A stretch of DNA of 64,000 nucleotides from Anthoceros angustus (GCA_010909165.1 VJWM01000239.1:1-64000), one strand, 5' to 3'; positions 37,638-47,730 are shown, counted from the first letter of the stretch. Made by a program: numbers and translations. The notes: generated from the letters alone by a model not told the origin.

Positions 37638-40199
37638 ATGGCTTTGAATATGCAGATGGGTCGTGCTGCCCTGGCCTCCAAATGGATCGTGCCGGATAAT
37701 GTGGACCCTCGCTGGCCTGCAGGGTACGAAAGAGATGTCAAGGCCGAAACTGTGAATGAACTATGTCAGCGAAGGCAGGTCACTGCCGCTGTTGAGGCTC
37801 TGGGAGTTTTGGTGCGCAAGGACTGTCCTGTTTCCAAGTCCCTCGTTTATTCGGTCCTTAAAGAATGTTTGGCTCAGAAGGATCTGCCACTGGGTCGCCG
37901 TGTTCACGCTCTCACTGTGAAAAAGGGGTACGAGTCAGACACGTTCCTGTGCACCCAGATCGTTCGTATGTATGGGTCTCGTGCGGGGCTTCAAGAAGCT
38001 ATGGATGTGTTCGACAAGGTTGCCAAACCAGATGCCTTCACATGGTCTGCTATAATCTTGGCCCATGTTAAACACGGACAGGATAAGCTGGCCATACAAC
38101 TGTATCATCGGATGCGAAGGTCAAATGTGAAGCCTGATGGTTATGTGTTTGTAGCAGCCCTTCAGGCTTGTGCTCGGGAGGGAAACCTGAAATCTGGTCA
38201 GCAGATTCATGCTGATGTTTTGGTTGGTGACGTTAAGCCTACGTTGTTTGTTTGGAATTGCTTGGTGGACATGTATGCCAAATGTGGCAGCTTGGAAGAT
38301 GCTCAAAGAGTGTTTGATGGACTTGGAGATCAGAAAGATGTGGTGACATGGAGTACCATGATAGCAGGATACTCCCAGCACGGCATGGGGGAGAAAGCCC
38401 TTCATCTGTACGGGGTCATGCAGGAAGAAGGTATCGTGGAACCGAATTCTGTGACGTTTGTGTCTCTCCTGCAGGCATGTGCTAGTATGGGCACTCGGGC
38501 TTTGGAGAGGGCGCAGCAGCTGCATGCCCAAATAAGAGAACGAGGGCATGATACAGATGTGTATGTAGGCAACAGTTTGGTAAACATGTATGCAAAGTGT
38601 GGCAGCTTGGAGGATGCTCGAAGAGTGTTTGACCAACTGAGTCAAAAAAATGTTGTGACCTGGACTACCTTGATGGCAGGCTATTCCCAACAGGGCATGG
38701 GCCAGGAAGCCCTCCTTCTTTACAGCAGTATGCAAGAAGAAGGTATGAGTGCACCTGATTCCGTGACGTTTGTGTGCCTCCTGCAGGCATGTGCGAGTGT
38801 GGGGATGGATGCTTTGGAGAAAGGAAAGCAGCTTCATGGACAAATTCGAGAGCGTGGACATCAAGCTAATGTGTCTGTAGCCAACAGTTTGGTCAACATG
38901 TATGCAAAGTGTGGCAGCTTGAGAGACGCACAACTGGTGTTTGACAGACTTTGTGAAAAAGATGTGGTAACGTGGAATGCCATGATGGCAGGGTATGTCC
39001 AGAAGGGCATGGGGCAGGAAGCACTTGATCTTTACAGTGCTATGGAAGAAGGCACTGCTGTGCCTACTTCTGTGACATTTCTTTGCCTCCTGCAGGCCTG
39101 TGCTAGTGTGGGTACCCCAGCTTTGGGGATGGGGAAGCAGCTTCATGCACAAATTAGGCAATGTGGACTTCAAACCGATGCGTTTGTAGGCAATGCTTTG
39201 GTAGACATGTACACAAAGTGTGGCAGCCTAGAGGATGCTTGGAGCGTCTTTGATGAACTGGGTCAGAAAGATGTGGTGACTTGGACCGCTCTGATAGCAG
39301 GGTGCTCCCAGCAGGGCATGGGTCAGGAAGCCCTTCGTCTGTACCTTAGTATGCAAGAAGAGGGCGTCATCGCACCAGATTCTGTGACATTTGCGTGCCT
39401 CCTGCAGGTATGTGCAAATGTGGCGGCTTTGCAGCTTGGAAGGCAGATTCATGCACAGATCAAAGAACAAGGGCTCCAAGCTGATCTTTTTATAGCCAGC
39501 AGTTTGATAGACATGTATGCCAAGTCGGGCAGCATGGTTGATGCCCAGCAGGTCTTTGATGCCTTGCCTGAAAGAAATGTCGTCATCTGGAGTGCACTGA
39601 TTGCCGGGTACACCTCTCAGGGACGAAGTGAACTAGTCTTTGACCTGGTTCAGACAATGATAGTGGATGGTATACAGCCAGACAGCATCACGTTCCTGTG
39701 TCTACTAACAGTATGCAGTCACACGGGTTTAGTAACGAAGGGGCGAGAGTACTTCGACGCTATGAGCAGTCAATATGGAATCAGGCCAACAATTGAGCAT
39801 TACACATGCATGGTGGATCTCCTGGGCCGTGCTGGCCGACTGGAGGAGTCACTTTCCTTGGTCAGGACCATGCCTGTGCTGCCTAACGCTTCTACTTGGC
39901 ACACTCTCTTGGGTGCTTGCCAAAAGTGGAGCAATGTGGAGATGGGACGCCTTGCCTTTGATGAAGCATTGAAGCTTGACGAGAAAGATGCCGCAGCATA
40001 TGTGTTGATGTCCAACATATATGCTGGTGCTCAGATGTGGGAGCAGGCACGGAAGATGCAGGGAAGACGAATCGGAATTGGGGCTTGGAAGCAGCGAGGT
40101 CAGAGCTGGTGGACAGATATGGACGGGCTGGTGCACAGTTTTTCGGTTGGCGATACGAAGCATGTTGGGAGTAAGTTGAACGCTGGAACAGCCTTTTGA
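37638..40199 (+). CDS. PLS-class PPR protein (20 repeats, E1-E2, WW-type PG box, no DYW), 'PPR3'; N-terminal leader disrupted
   Basis: 853-aa ORF ending KQRGQSWWTDMDGLVHSFSVGD; the homologous MAIW leader at 37317 is cut off by frameshifts and a TAG at ~37631. Confidence 0.85.
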   Translation: MALNMQMGRAALASKWIVPDNVDPRWPAGYERDVKAETVNELCQRRQVTAAVEALGVLVRKDCPVSKSLVYSVLKECLAQKDLPLGRRVHALTVKKGYESDTFLCTQIVRMYGSRAGLQEAMDVFDKVAKPDAFTWSAIILAHVKHGQDKLAIQLYHRMRRSNVKPDGYVFVAALQACAREGNLKSGQQIHADVLVGDVKPTLFVWNCLVDMYAKCGSLEDAQRVFDGLGDQKDVVTWSTMIAGYSQHGMGEKALHLYGVMQEEGIVEPNSVTFVSLLQACASMGTRALERAQQLHAQIRERGHDTDVYVGNSLVNMYAKCGSLEDARRVFDQLSQKNVVTWTTLMAGYSQQGMGQEALLLYSSMQEEGMSAPDSVTFVCLLQACASVGMDALEKGKQLHGQIRERGHQANVSVANSLVNMYAKCGSLRDAQLVFDRLCEKDVVTWNAMMAGYVQKGMGQEALDLYSAMEEGTAVPTSVTFLCLLQACASVGTPALGMGKQLHAQIRQCGLQTDAFVGNALVDMYTKCGSLEDAWSVFDELGQKDVVTWTALIAGCSQQGMGQEALRLYLSMQEEGVIAPDSVTFACLLQVCANVAALQLGRQIHAQIKEQGLQADLFIASSLIDMYAKSGSMVDAQQVFDALPERNVVIWSALIAGYTSQGRSELVFDLVQTMIVDGIQPDSITFLCLLTVCSHTGLVTKGREYFDAMSSQYGIRPTIEHYTCMVDLLGRAGRLEESLSLVRTMPVLPNASTWHTLLGACQKWSNVEMGRLAFDEALKLDEKDAAAYVLMSNIYAGAQMWEQARKMQGRRIGIGAWKQRGQSWWTDMDGLVHSFSVGDTKHVGSKLNAGTAF

Positions 40200-40493
40200 A
40201 AAGGATGATGAAACACGGACATCAGGAATCCTGACCAGCAGAGTGCGGACCGATGTGATGACAAGGTTTGCAGGAATTGCTACCCGTCCTGTAAATCTTA
40301 CGAACACTTGACTCTGTTCAGATCTTGCGTGGGGACAAAGCCCTCCTGTTGTAAGGCAGATCACGTGAAATCCTGTCCATGCTCAAACTCTGTGCAACCA
40401 AGAGAACATGAAATATCTCGTATTTGAATTGACGCATTCCCGACGACGCTGCTGCTGCGCATGGAATTCCGGCGAGCCATGACTGTGTGAGCC

Positions 40494-43232
40494 ATGATCG
40501 TGTCGAGCGTTGGGATATCCCGTTTTCTTGGAGAACCTCCCGCTCATTTGACTCCAAGGAACCAATCGTTGGCAAACAACACAGGCGCGAGGTGCAGCAC
40601 AATTGGACCAAGGACGCCATCCCGTCGAACAGGATGTCTGCTTGGAGACGTGACTTGCAGCGACCCATCGTGGGTGGATGGACGGCTGGCTGTCGTGGAC
40701 ATCCGAGTGGATTGTCATCCTGTTACATCCAAATGGACAATGTCGGCTGATGGTGGCCCTCGCTGGTCTGCAGGATACGGAATGGAGGTCCAGGCTGAAA
40801 CAGTCATCGAGCTGTGTGAGCGAGGGCAGCTCACTGACGCCATTGAGGCTCTGGGAGTTCTGGTGCACTCGGACTGTTATCTTTCCAAATCTCTCTTCTA
40901 TGCGGTCCTGAAAGAATGTGTGAGCAAGAAGAATCTGCATCTGGGTCGCCGCATTCATGCTCTAACAGTGAAGAGAGGGTACGAGTCGGATACGTTCTTG
41001 TGCAACCATTTCCTGCGAATGTATGCTTCTCATGGCAGGTTGCAAGAAGCCATGGATGTGTTCAGTATGGTTTCGGAGCCAGATGCCTTCACATGGTCTG
41101 CTATAATTTCTGCTCAGGTTAAGCACGGGGAGGACAATCAAGCCATACAAATGTATCATCAGATGCGCAGGTCAGGTGTGAAGCCAGATGGACATGTTTT
41201 TGTGGCAGCCCTCAATGCTTGTGCAAGGAGAGGAGACTTGAAATGTGGGCAGCAGGTACATGCTGACATGCTGGGTAGTGGAGTTGAGCGTAATCTGTTT
41301 GTTTGGAATTGTGTGGTGGACATGTATGCCAAATGTGGGAGCCTGGAAGATGCTCAAAGAGTCTTTGATGGACTTGGTGAAAAGAATGTAGTGACCTGGA
41401 GTGCCATGATAGCAGGATATTCCCAACAGGGGAGGGGGCAGGAAGCTCTTCATCTTTACACAGTTATGCAAGATGAAGGCATGGTCGCACCCAGTTCTGT
41501 GACCTTTGTGTCCCTCTTGCAGGCGTGCGCAAGTCTGGGTAGCCGGGCTTTGGAGAGAGGGAAGGAACTTCATGCGCAAATTAGAGAACAAGGACATGGA
41601 GCTGATGTGTTCGTAGGAAATAGCTTGGTGAACATGTATGCAAAGTGTGGCAGCTTGGAAGATGCTCGAAGAGTGTTTGATGGGCTTGTAGAAAAGAATG
41701 TAGTGACATGGACTACTCTGATAGCAGGGTATTCCCAGCATGACATGGGCCAGGAATCCCTTCGCCTTTACAGCTGCATGCAAGAAGAAGGCATAGCTGC
41801 ACCCGACTCTGTGACGTTTGCATGCCTCCTGCAGGCATGTGCAAGTGTGGGCACTCTGGCTCTGGATAAAGGGAAGCAGCTTCATGCCGAAATCAGAGAA
41901 AGAGGACATCTAGCTGATGTTATTGTGGCCAGCAGTTTGGTAAACATGTATGCGAAGTGTGGCAGGCTAGAGGATGCTCGCAGTGTGTTCGACCGTCTTG
42001 GTCACAAGAATGTGGTAACGTGGAGCACCATGATTGCAGCATATTCCCAGCAGGGCATGGGCCAGGAAGCCCTTGGTCTTTACAGTGCCATGCAAGAGGC
42101 CGGTGTTGTTGCACCCAACTCTGTGATGTTTCTTGGCTTACTTCAGGCTTGTGCAAGTGTCGGTAGCCCAGCTTTGGAACAGGGAAAGCAGCTTCATGCA
42201 CAAATTAGAGAACAAGGACTTGAAGTGGATGTGTTTGTAGCCAACGGTTTGGTAAACATGTATGCAAAGTGTGGCAGCCTAGAGTATGCTCAGGACGTGT
42301 TTAACAGACTTAGTGAGAAAGATGTGGTCACATGGAACGCAATGATAGCAGGATATTCTCAAAAGGGCATGGGGTTGGAAGCCCTTGATCTTTACAGGGC
42401 TATGCAAGAAGAAGGCTTGGTTGCACCAGATTCTTGGACATTTGTTTGTCTGCTTCAGGCATGTGCAAATGTGGCGGCTTTGCCTCTGGGAAGGCAGCTT
42501 CATGCACTGATTGAAGACCAAGGCCTTCAAGCTGATGTCATTGTAGCCGGCAGTTTGATTAACATGTATGCAAAGTGCAGTAGCATGGCTGATGCAGAAC
42601 AGGTGTTCGAGGCATTGCCTGAAAGAGATGTAGTTGCTTGGAATGCACTCATGGCCGGATACACCCGTCAAGGGGACAGCAAAATGGTCTTCGACTTGTT
42701 TCACAGAATGGAAGAGGATGGCATACTGCCAGATAGTGTTGCATTCGTCAGTGTACTGACAGTATGCAGTCATACGGGTCTGGTTACCAAGGGGCGAGAG
42801 TACTTCGAGGCTATGAGCAGGCGGTATGGGATCCACCCCACAGTGAAGCACTACACATGCATGGTGGATCTCCTGGGTCGTGCAGGACAACTAGACAAAT
42901 CATTATCTTTGATAAGGGCAATGCCTGTTCGGCCTGATACTGCGGTATGGAGCACTCTATTGGGTGCTTGTCAAAAGTGGAGCAATGTGGAGGTGGGACG
43001 GTATGCTTTCGATGAAGCAGTGAAGCTGGACAAGAAAGATTCCGCAGCATATGTGTTAATGGCGAACATATACATTGGCGCCCAGATGTGGGAGCAGGCA
43101 CAGGAAATGCAAGCGAGGAGACTAGGGATCGGCGCATTGAAGGAGCCAGGCCAAAGCTGGTGGACAGACATGGACGGACTGGTGCATACTTTTTCGGTTT
43201 GGGATAAGAAGCATCTGGAGAGTATTGCATAG
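40494..43232 (+). CDS. PLS-class PPR protein (20 repeats, E1-E2, WW-type PG box, no DYW), 'PPR4'
   Basis: 912-aa intronless ORF ending KEPGQSWWTDMDGLVHTFSVWD. Confidence 0.92.
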   Translation: MIVSSVGISRFLGEPPAHLTPRNQSLANNTGARCSTIGPRTPSRRTGCLLGDVTCSDPSWVDGRLAVVDIRVDCHPVTSKWTMSADGGPRWSAGYGMEVQAETVIELCERGQLTDAIEALGVLVHSDCYLSKSLFYAVLKECVSKKNLHLGRRIHALTVKRGYESDTFLCNHFLRMYASHGRLQEAMDVFSMVSEPDAFTWSAIISAQVKHGEDNQAIQMYHQMRRSGVKPDGHVFVAALNACARRGDLKCGQQVHADMLGSGVERNLFVWNCVVDMYAKCGSLEDAQRVFDGLGEKNVVTWSAMIAGYSQQGRGQEALHLYTVMQDEGMVAPSSVTFVSLLQACASLGSRALERGKELHAQIREQGHGADVFVGNSLVNMYAKCGSLEDARRVFDGLVEKNVVTWTTLIAGYSQHDMGQESLRLYSCMQEEGIAAPDSVTFACLLQACASVGTLALDKGKQLHAEIRERGHLADVIVASSLVNMYAKCGRLEDARSVFDRLGHKNVVTWSTMIAAYSQQGMGQEALGLYSAMQEAGVVAPNSVMFLGLLQACASVGSPALEQGKQLHAQIREQGLEVDVFVANGLVNMYAKCGSLEYAQDVFNRLSEKDVVTWNAMIAGYSQKGMGLEALDLYRAMQEEGLVAPDSWTFVCLLQACANVAALPLGRQLHALIEDQGLQADVIVAGSLINMYAKCSSMADAEQVFEALPERDVVAWNALMAGYTRQGDSKMVFDLFHRMEEDGILPDSVAFVSVLTVCSHTGLVTKGREYFEAMSRRYGIHPTVKHYTCMVDLLGRAGQLDKSLSLIRAMPVRPDTAVWSTLLGACQKWSNVEVGRYAFDEAVKLDKKDSAAYVLMANIYIGAQMWEQAQEMQARRLGIGALKEPGQSWWTDMDGLVHTFSVWDKKHLESIA

Positions 43233-43641
43233 ATGAAACGACTTATGCCAAAATCAAGAAAAATAGACATGCCCATCTGGACTCATCACCGGCAGACTGA
43301 TCTCATGGCGGAAAGATCTTTGTGAGCACAGAAGCGAGCTAGCGAATGAGCACGTTGCGACCGATTATGAGAGATCTGTGAGTTTGCGTTTTGTTTCATT
43401 GCCACAACCTACACATGAACGATCACTCGCATGAATGCTAGCTGAATGGAACCCCGTTGCGGGAATTTGAGAAGTGATTGGAGAGACGGATTTCACAGTT
43501 GACAGCATCGGTGAACCGATCTGTCGGAGTCCAGCCTGTGGCATATGGCGACGCATGCTGCAGTTATAGAATGACTGGTGCCCATCGACCGATCGGCTGT
43601 TGAAATCCTTGGTGCCCCGCGCGCCAGCTCTCCTGCCAGCG

Positions 43642-45468
43642 ATGGGTGTTTGGAGTCTTGGACACACAGGGCAACAGGATCCGTTGTGGGGACAGTCTTT
43701 GCTGACCCATCAAGGTGGTCGGTTAACAGAAATTCCAGGAAGATTTCCTGTCCGCTGGGTTGGCAAGTTCTACAAGCCAGCTTGCGTGGATGTGCAGCTG
43801 GCTGCTGTGGATATGCCGATGAATCGTGCTGCCCCGACATCCTATTGCAGCGTGACGGATAATCGTGGCCCTGGCTGGCCTGTAGGAAACGAAAGGGGCG
43901 TAACGCCTGAAATCGTGAGCAAACTATGTGAGCAAGGGCAGGTAGCTGAGGCCATTGAGGCTTTGCAAGTTCTTCTCCAGACAGATTGTCATATCAGCAC
44001 AGCTCTCTTCTGTACGGTCCTGAAAGAATGTGTGCGTAAGAAGGATCTGCCCATGGGTCGCATTGTTCATGCTCTGACCGTGAAGAAGGGATATGAGTCG
44101 GATACGTTCTTGTGCAACCACTTCTTGAGAATGTATGCTTCTTATGGCAGGTTGCAAGAAGCTATGACTGTGTTCACCTTGGTTGCCAAGCCAGATGCCC
44201 ACACCTGGTCTGCCATAATTTCTGCGTTTGTTAAACTGGGGCAAGATAAGCAGGCCATACAACTGTATCATCAGATGCGCATGTCGAACGTGAAGCCAGA
44301 CGGCCATGTTTATGTGGCAGCCCTCCAGGCATGCGCAAGGGGAGCAGATTTGAAAACTGGGCAGCAGGTGCATGCTGATGTGTTGGGTAATGGCGTTGAG
44401 CCTCATTTGTTTGTTTGGAATTGTCTGGTGGACATGTATGCAAAGTGTGGGAGCTTGGAAGAGGCCCAAACAGTGTTCGACGGACTTTGTGAGAAGGATG
44501 TGGTGACATGGAATGCCATGATAGCAGGATATTCCCAGCAGGGCATGGGCCACGAAGCCCTTCGCCTGTACAATGCTATGCAAGAAGAAGGCATGGCTGC
44601 ACCTGATGCTGTCACATTTGCTTGCCTCCTGCAGGCATGTGCAAATGTGGCAGCTTTGCATCTGGGAAGGCAGCTTCATGGACAGATCAAAGAACAGGGG
44701 CTTTTAGCTGACGTTTTTGTGGCCAGCAGTTTGATAAACATGTATACAAAGTCAGGAAGCATGGTTGATGCACAGCTGGTGTTTGATGCGTTGCCTGAGA
44801 GAGACCTTGTTACCTGGAATGCCCTGATTGCCGGATACACCTGTCAAGGACACAGTGAAAAGGTTTTTGGCTTGGTTCAGAGAATGATAGAGGATGGCAT
44901 ATTGCCAGACAACGTCACTTTCCTTAGTGTCCTAACAGTTTGCAGTCACACGGGTCTAGTGGGGAAGGGGCGAGAGTACTTTGCGATGATGAGGGGACGC
45001 TATAGGATCACTCCCATAGTTGAGCACTACACATGCATGTTGGATCTTTTGGGTCGTGCAGGCCTACTAGATGAAGCACTGGATTTGGTAAGGACAATGC
45101 CTGTTTTGCCTGACGCTGCAGTATGGAGCACTCTCTTGGGTGCCTGTCAAAAGTGGAACAATGTGGAGGTGGGACGCCATGCTTTCGACCAAGCAGTGAA
45201 GCTGGATCGAAAGGATGCCGCAGCATACGTGATGATGTCAAACATATACGCTGGCGCCCAGATGTGGGAGCAGGCACTGGAAATGCAGGAGAGGAGACTA
45301 GGAATCGGTGCATGGAAGCAGCCGGGGCAGAGCTGGTGGACAGACATGGATGGACTAGTGCATACCTTCTCGGTTCGAGAGCCGAAGTATACCGGAAGTG
45401 AAACAAGGCTCAAATGGCTGCCTTCCACAATGAGGAAAGAAGAACATATCGCACTTTTGGCCTCATGA
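43642..45468 (+). CDS. PLS-class PPR protein (11 repeats, E1-E2, WW-type E+), 'PPR5'
   Basis: L-S-(PLS)2-P2L2S2-E1-E2, KQPGQSWWTD and a degenerate E+ tail (RLKWLPSTMRKEEH); first ATG gives MGVW. Confidence 0.92.
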   Translation: MGVWSLGHTGQQDPLWGQSLLTHQGGRLTEIPGRFPVRWVGKFYKPACVDVQLAAVDMPMNRAAPTSYCSVTDNRGPGWPVGNERGVTPEIVSKLCEQGQVAEAIEALQVLLQTDCHISTALFCTVLKECVRKKDLPMGRIVHALTVKKGYESDTFLCNHFLRMYASYGRLQEAMTVFTLVAKPDAHTWSAIISAFVKLGQDKQAIQLYHQMRMSNVKPDGHVYVAALQACARGADLKTGQQVHADVLGNGVEPHLFVWNCLVDMYAKCGSLEEAQTVFDGLCEKDVVTWNAMIAGYSQQGMGHEALRLYNAMQEEGMAAPDAVTFACLLQACANVAALHLGRQLHGQIKEQGLLADVFVASSLINMYTKSGSMVDAQLVFDALPERDLVTWNALIAGYTCQGHSEKVFGLVQRMIEDGILPDNVTFLSVLTVCSHTGLVGKGREYFAMMRGRYRITPIVEHYTCMLDLLGRAGLLDEALDLVRTMPVLPDAAVWSTLLGACQKWNNVEVGRHAFDQAVKLDRKDAAAYVMMSNIYAGAQMWEQALEMQERRLGIGAWKQPGQSWWTDMDGLVHTFSVREPKYTGSETRLKWLPSTMRKEEHIALLAS

Positions 45469-45912
45469 ATGGCAAGGAGGTATTTGACATCGAGAAGCTG
45501 GATTATCTCGGATGTTTCCAAGCTCACTCGAAATTCTTTGGGTTTCCCTTGATTGTCGTCCTGTCACGGCCTGTGATTTGCAGGATGCAGAAGCTCAAGG
45601 ACGAAAACCCTCGTTCAGGCTGGCAGCCTACAATGTCTTCCAGACACATTGCGTGCATTTGACAGTCGTTTCAAGTGCTGGTTGCCGAAATCGCTACACA
45701 GCCTGAGGCGAGATGATCACATTACAGTGCCTCATGATTAGAGTTGAAATGCTCTGCAAGTCACAGTCTGGATGGCGACGCTCCTCTCATGGGCTGTGGC
45801 GGGTTCCTGCGGAAACTGATGCTTCGAAGCGTTCGCAAACCACTGTTCTCGTCAATCACCTATGGCATAGGTCCAGATACAATTCCACCCGATGCCCGTG
45901 CTTCTGCGAGCC

Positions 45913-47730
45913 ATGGCTGTCTGGAGAGTAGTAGCTATTGCCAGAGCTGGGAATAGCGAAGCCGCCAGATTCAGCACCTGGGGCGGATCTTTCAGCGAGG
46001 GTCGTCGCCAGGAGCTCTTGTGGCTACAATTTTTTCTGGAGCCCTTTCTTTGGTTGGACAACAGGCAATGCAAGAAGAGCTTCCGTTCGCCTGATTTCCG
46101 GCATAGGGAGTCCCAGGATGTCCTGTGGCTGGACAGTCCATACAAGCCGGCGTGGGTGGATACGCAGCTGGCTGCTCTGGATATTGAGATTGGCCGGAGC
46201 ATGCAGGATGGTCGTGACCCACTCAGGCCTGCAGGAAACGGAAGGGGCGTGAGCAAGCCATGTGAGGAGGGGCAGCTCCTCATTGAGGCCGTGGAGGCTT
46301 TGGAAGTTCTGGTGCACACAGACTGTCCTATTTCGAAATCTCTACTCTATACGCTCATAAAGAAATGTGTGGCTTGTAAGGATCTGCCTCTGGGTCGCCG
46401 TGTTCATGCTCTGACCGTGAAGAAGGGGTATAAGTCGGATACGTTCCTGTGCAACCATATCCTGCGGATGTATGTGTTTCATGGCAGATTGACAGAAGCT
46501 GTGTCAGTTTTCAGTATGGTGGACAAACCCGATGCTTTCATGTGGTCTTCCATAATTTCTGCACATGTTAGACAAGGACAAGATACGCAGGCGATAAGAC
46601 TTTATCATCAGATGCGCAGGTCAAGTGTGAAGCCGGATGGCCATGTGTTTGTAGCATGCCTTCAGGCTTGTGCAAGAGGAGCAGACTTGAAAACTGGGCA
46701 GCAAGTGCATGCTGATGTGTTGGCCAGAGGCGTGGAACCTCATTTGTTCGTCTGGAATTGCTTGGTGGACATGTATGCAAAGTGTGGGAGCTTGGAAAAC
46801 GCTCAACGAGTGTTCGACGGACTTGGTGAAAAAGATGTGGTGACATGGAATGTCATGATAGCAGGGTATGCCCAGCAGGGCATGGGCCATGAAGCCCTCC
46901 GTTTGTACTTTGCGATGCAAGAGGAAGGCAAGGTTGTACCAGATGCTGTGACATTTGTTTGCCTCCTGCAGGCATGTGCAAATGTGGCAGCTTTGCATAT
47001 GGGGAGGGAGCTTCATGCACAAATTATAGACCGAGGTCTTCAACTTCATGTGCTTGTAGCCATCAGTTTGATAAACATGTACGCAAAGTCAGGGAATATG
47101 GGTGATGCACAGGAGGTGTTTGATGCATTGCCCGAAAGGGATGTTGTCACTTGGAGTGCACTGATTGCAGGGTACACCCGTCAAGGGCACAGTGAAAAAG
47201 TCTTCGATTTGGTTCAGAGAATGAGACGGGATGGGATACAACCCGACAGCATCACTTTCCTTAGTATTTTAACCGTATGCAGTCATACGGGTCTCTTGGA
47301 CAAGGGGCGAGAATACTTTGAGGCTATGAGGGGAGACTACGGGATCATGCCCACGGTGGAGCATTACACATGCATGGTGGATCTCCTGGGTCGGGCAGGG
47401 TGCCTGGACGAATCACTGGATTTGGTAAGGAAAATGCCTGTATTGCCGAATGTTTCAGTTTGGCATACACTCTTGAGTGCTTGTCAAAAGTGGGGCAATG
47501 TGGAGGTGGGGCGCCATGCATTCGAAGAAGCAGTGAAGCTGGACAAGCAGGATGCCGCAGCATATGTGTTGATGTCAAATATATACACCGGGGCCCAGAT
47601 GTGGGAGCACGCGCAGGAGATGCAGGACAGAAGAACAGGGATCGGGGCTTGGAAGGAGCCGGGCCAGAGCTGGTGGACAGACATGAACGGACTGGTGCAC
47701 AAGTTTTCTGTTAGGGATAGGATTTCCTAG
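45913..47730 (+). CDS. PLS-class PPR protein (11 repeats, E1-E2, WW-type PG box, no DYW), 'PPR6'
   Basis: Intronless ORF with conserved MAVW start (an in-frame ATG also lies at 45892); ends KEPGQSWWTDMNGLVHKFSVRD. Confidence 0.92.
   Translation: MAVWRVVAIARAGNSEAARFSTWGGSFSEGRRQELLWLQFFLEPFLWLDNRQCKKSFRSPDFRHRESQDVLWLDSPYKPAWVDTQLAALDIEIGRSMQDGRDPLRPAGNGRGVSKPCEEGQLLIEAVEALEVLVHTDCPISKSLLYTLIKKCVACKDLPLGRRVHALTVKKGYKSDTFLCNHILRMYVFHGRLTEAVSVFSMVDKPDAFMWSSIISAHVRQGQDTQAIRLYHQMRRSSVKPDGHVFVACLQACARGADLKTGQQVHADVLARGVEPHLFVWNCLVDMYAKCGSLENAQRVFDGLGEKDVVTWNVMIAGYAQQGMGHEALRLYFAMQEEGKVVPDAVTFVCLLQACANVAALHMGRELHAQIIDRGLQLHVLVAISLINMYAKSGNMGDAQEVFDALPERDVVTWSALIAGYTRQGHSEKVFDLVQRMRRDGIQPDSITFLSILTVCSHTGLLDKGREYFEAMRGDYGIMPTVEHYTCMVDLLGRAGCLDESLDLVRKMPVLPNVSVWHTLLSACQKWGNVEVGRHAFEEAVKLDKQDAAAYVLMSNIYTGAQMWEHAQEMQDRRTGIGAWKEPGQSWWTDMNGLVHKFSVRDRIS

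Noticed and set aside
38121-39173. Long antisense ORFs over PPR genes (also 41172-41909, 43924-44679)
   Set aside because: Shadow frames of repetitive PPR codons with no independent protein features
29355-47730. U-to-C (DYW:KP) editing factors
   Set aside because: The PG boxes are WW-type, not KP-type, and no intact deaminase is present
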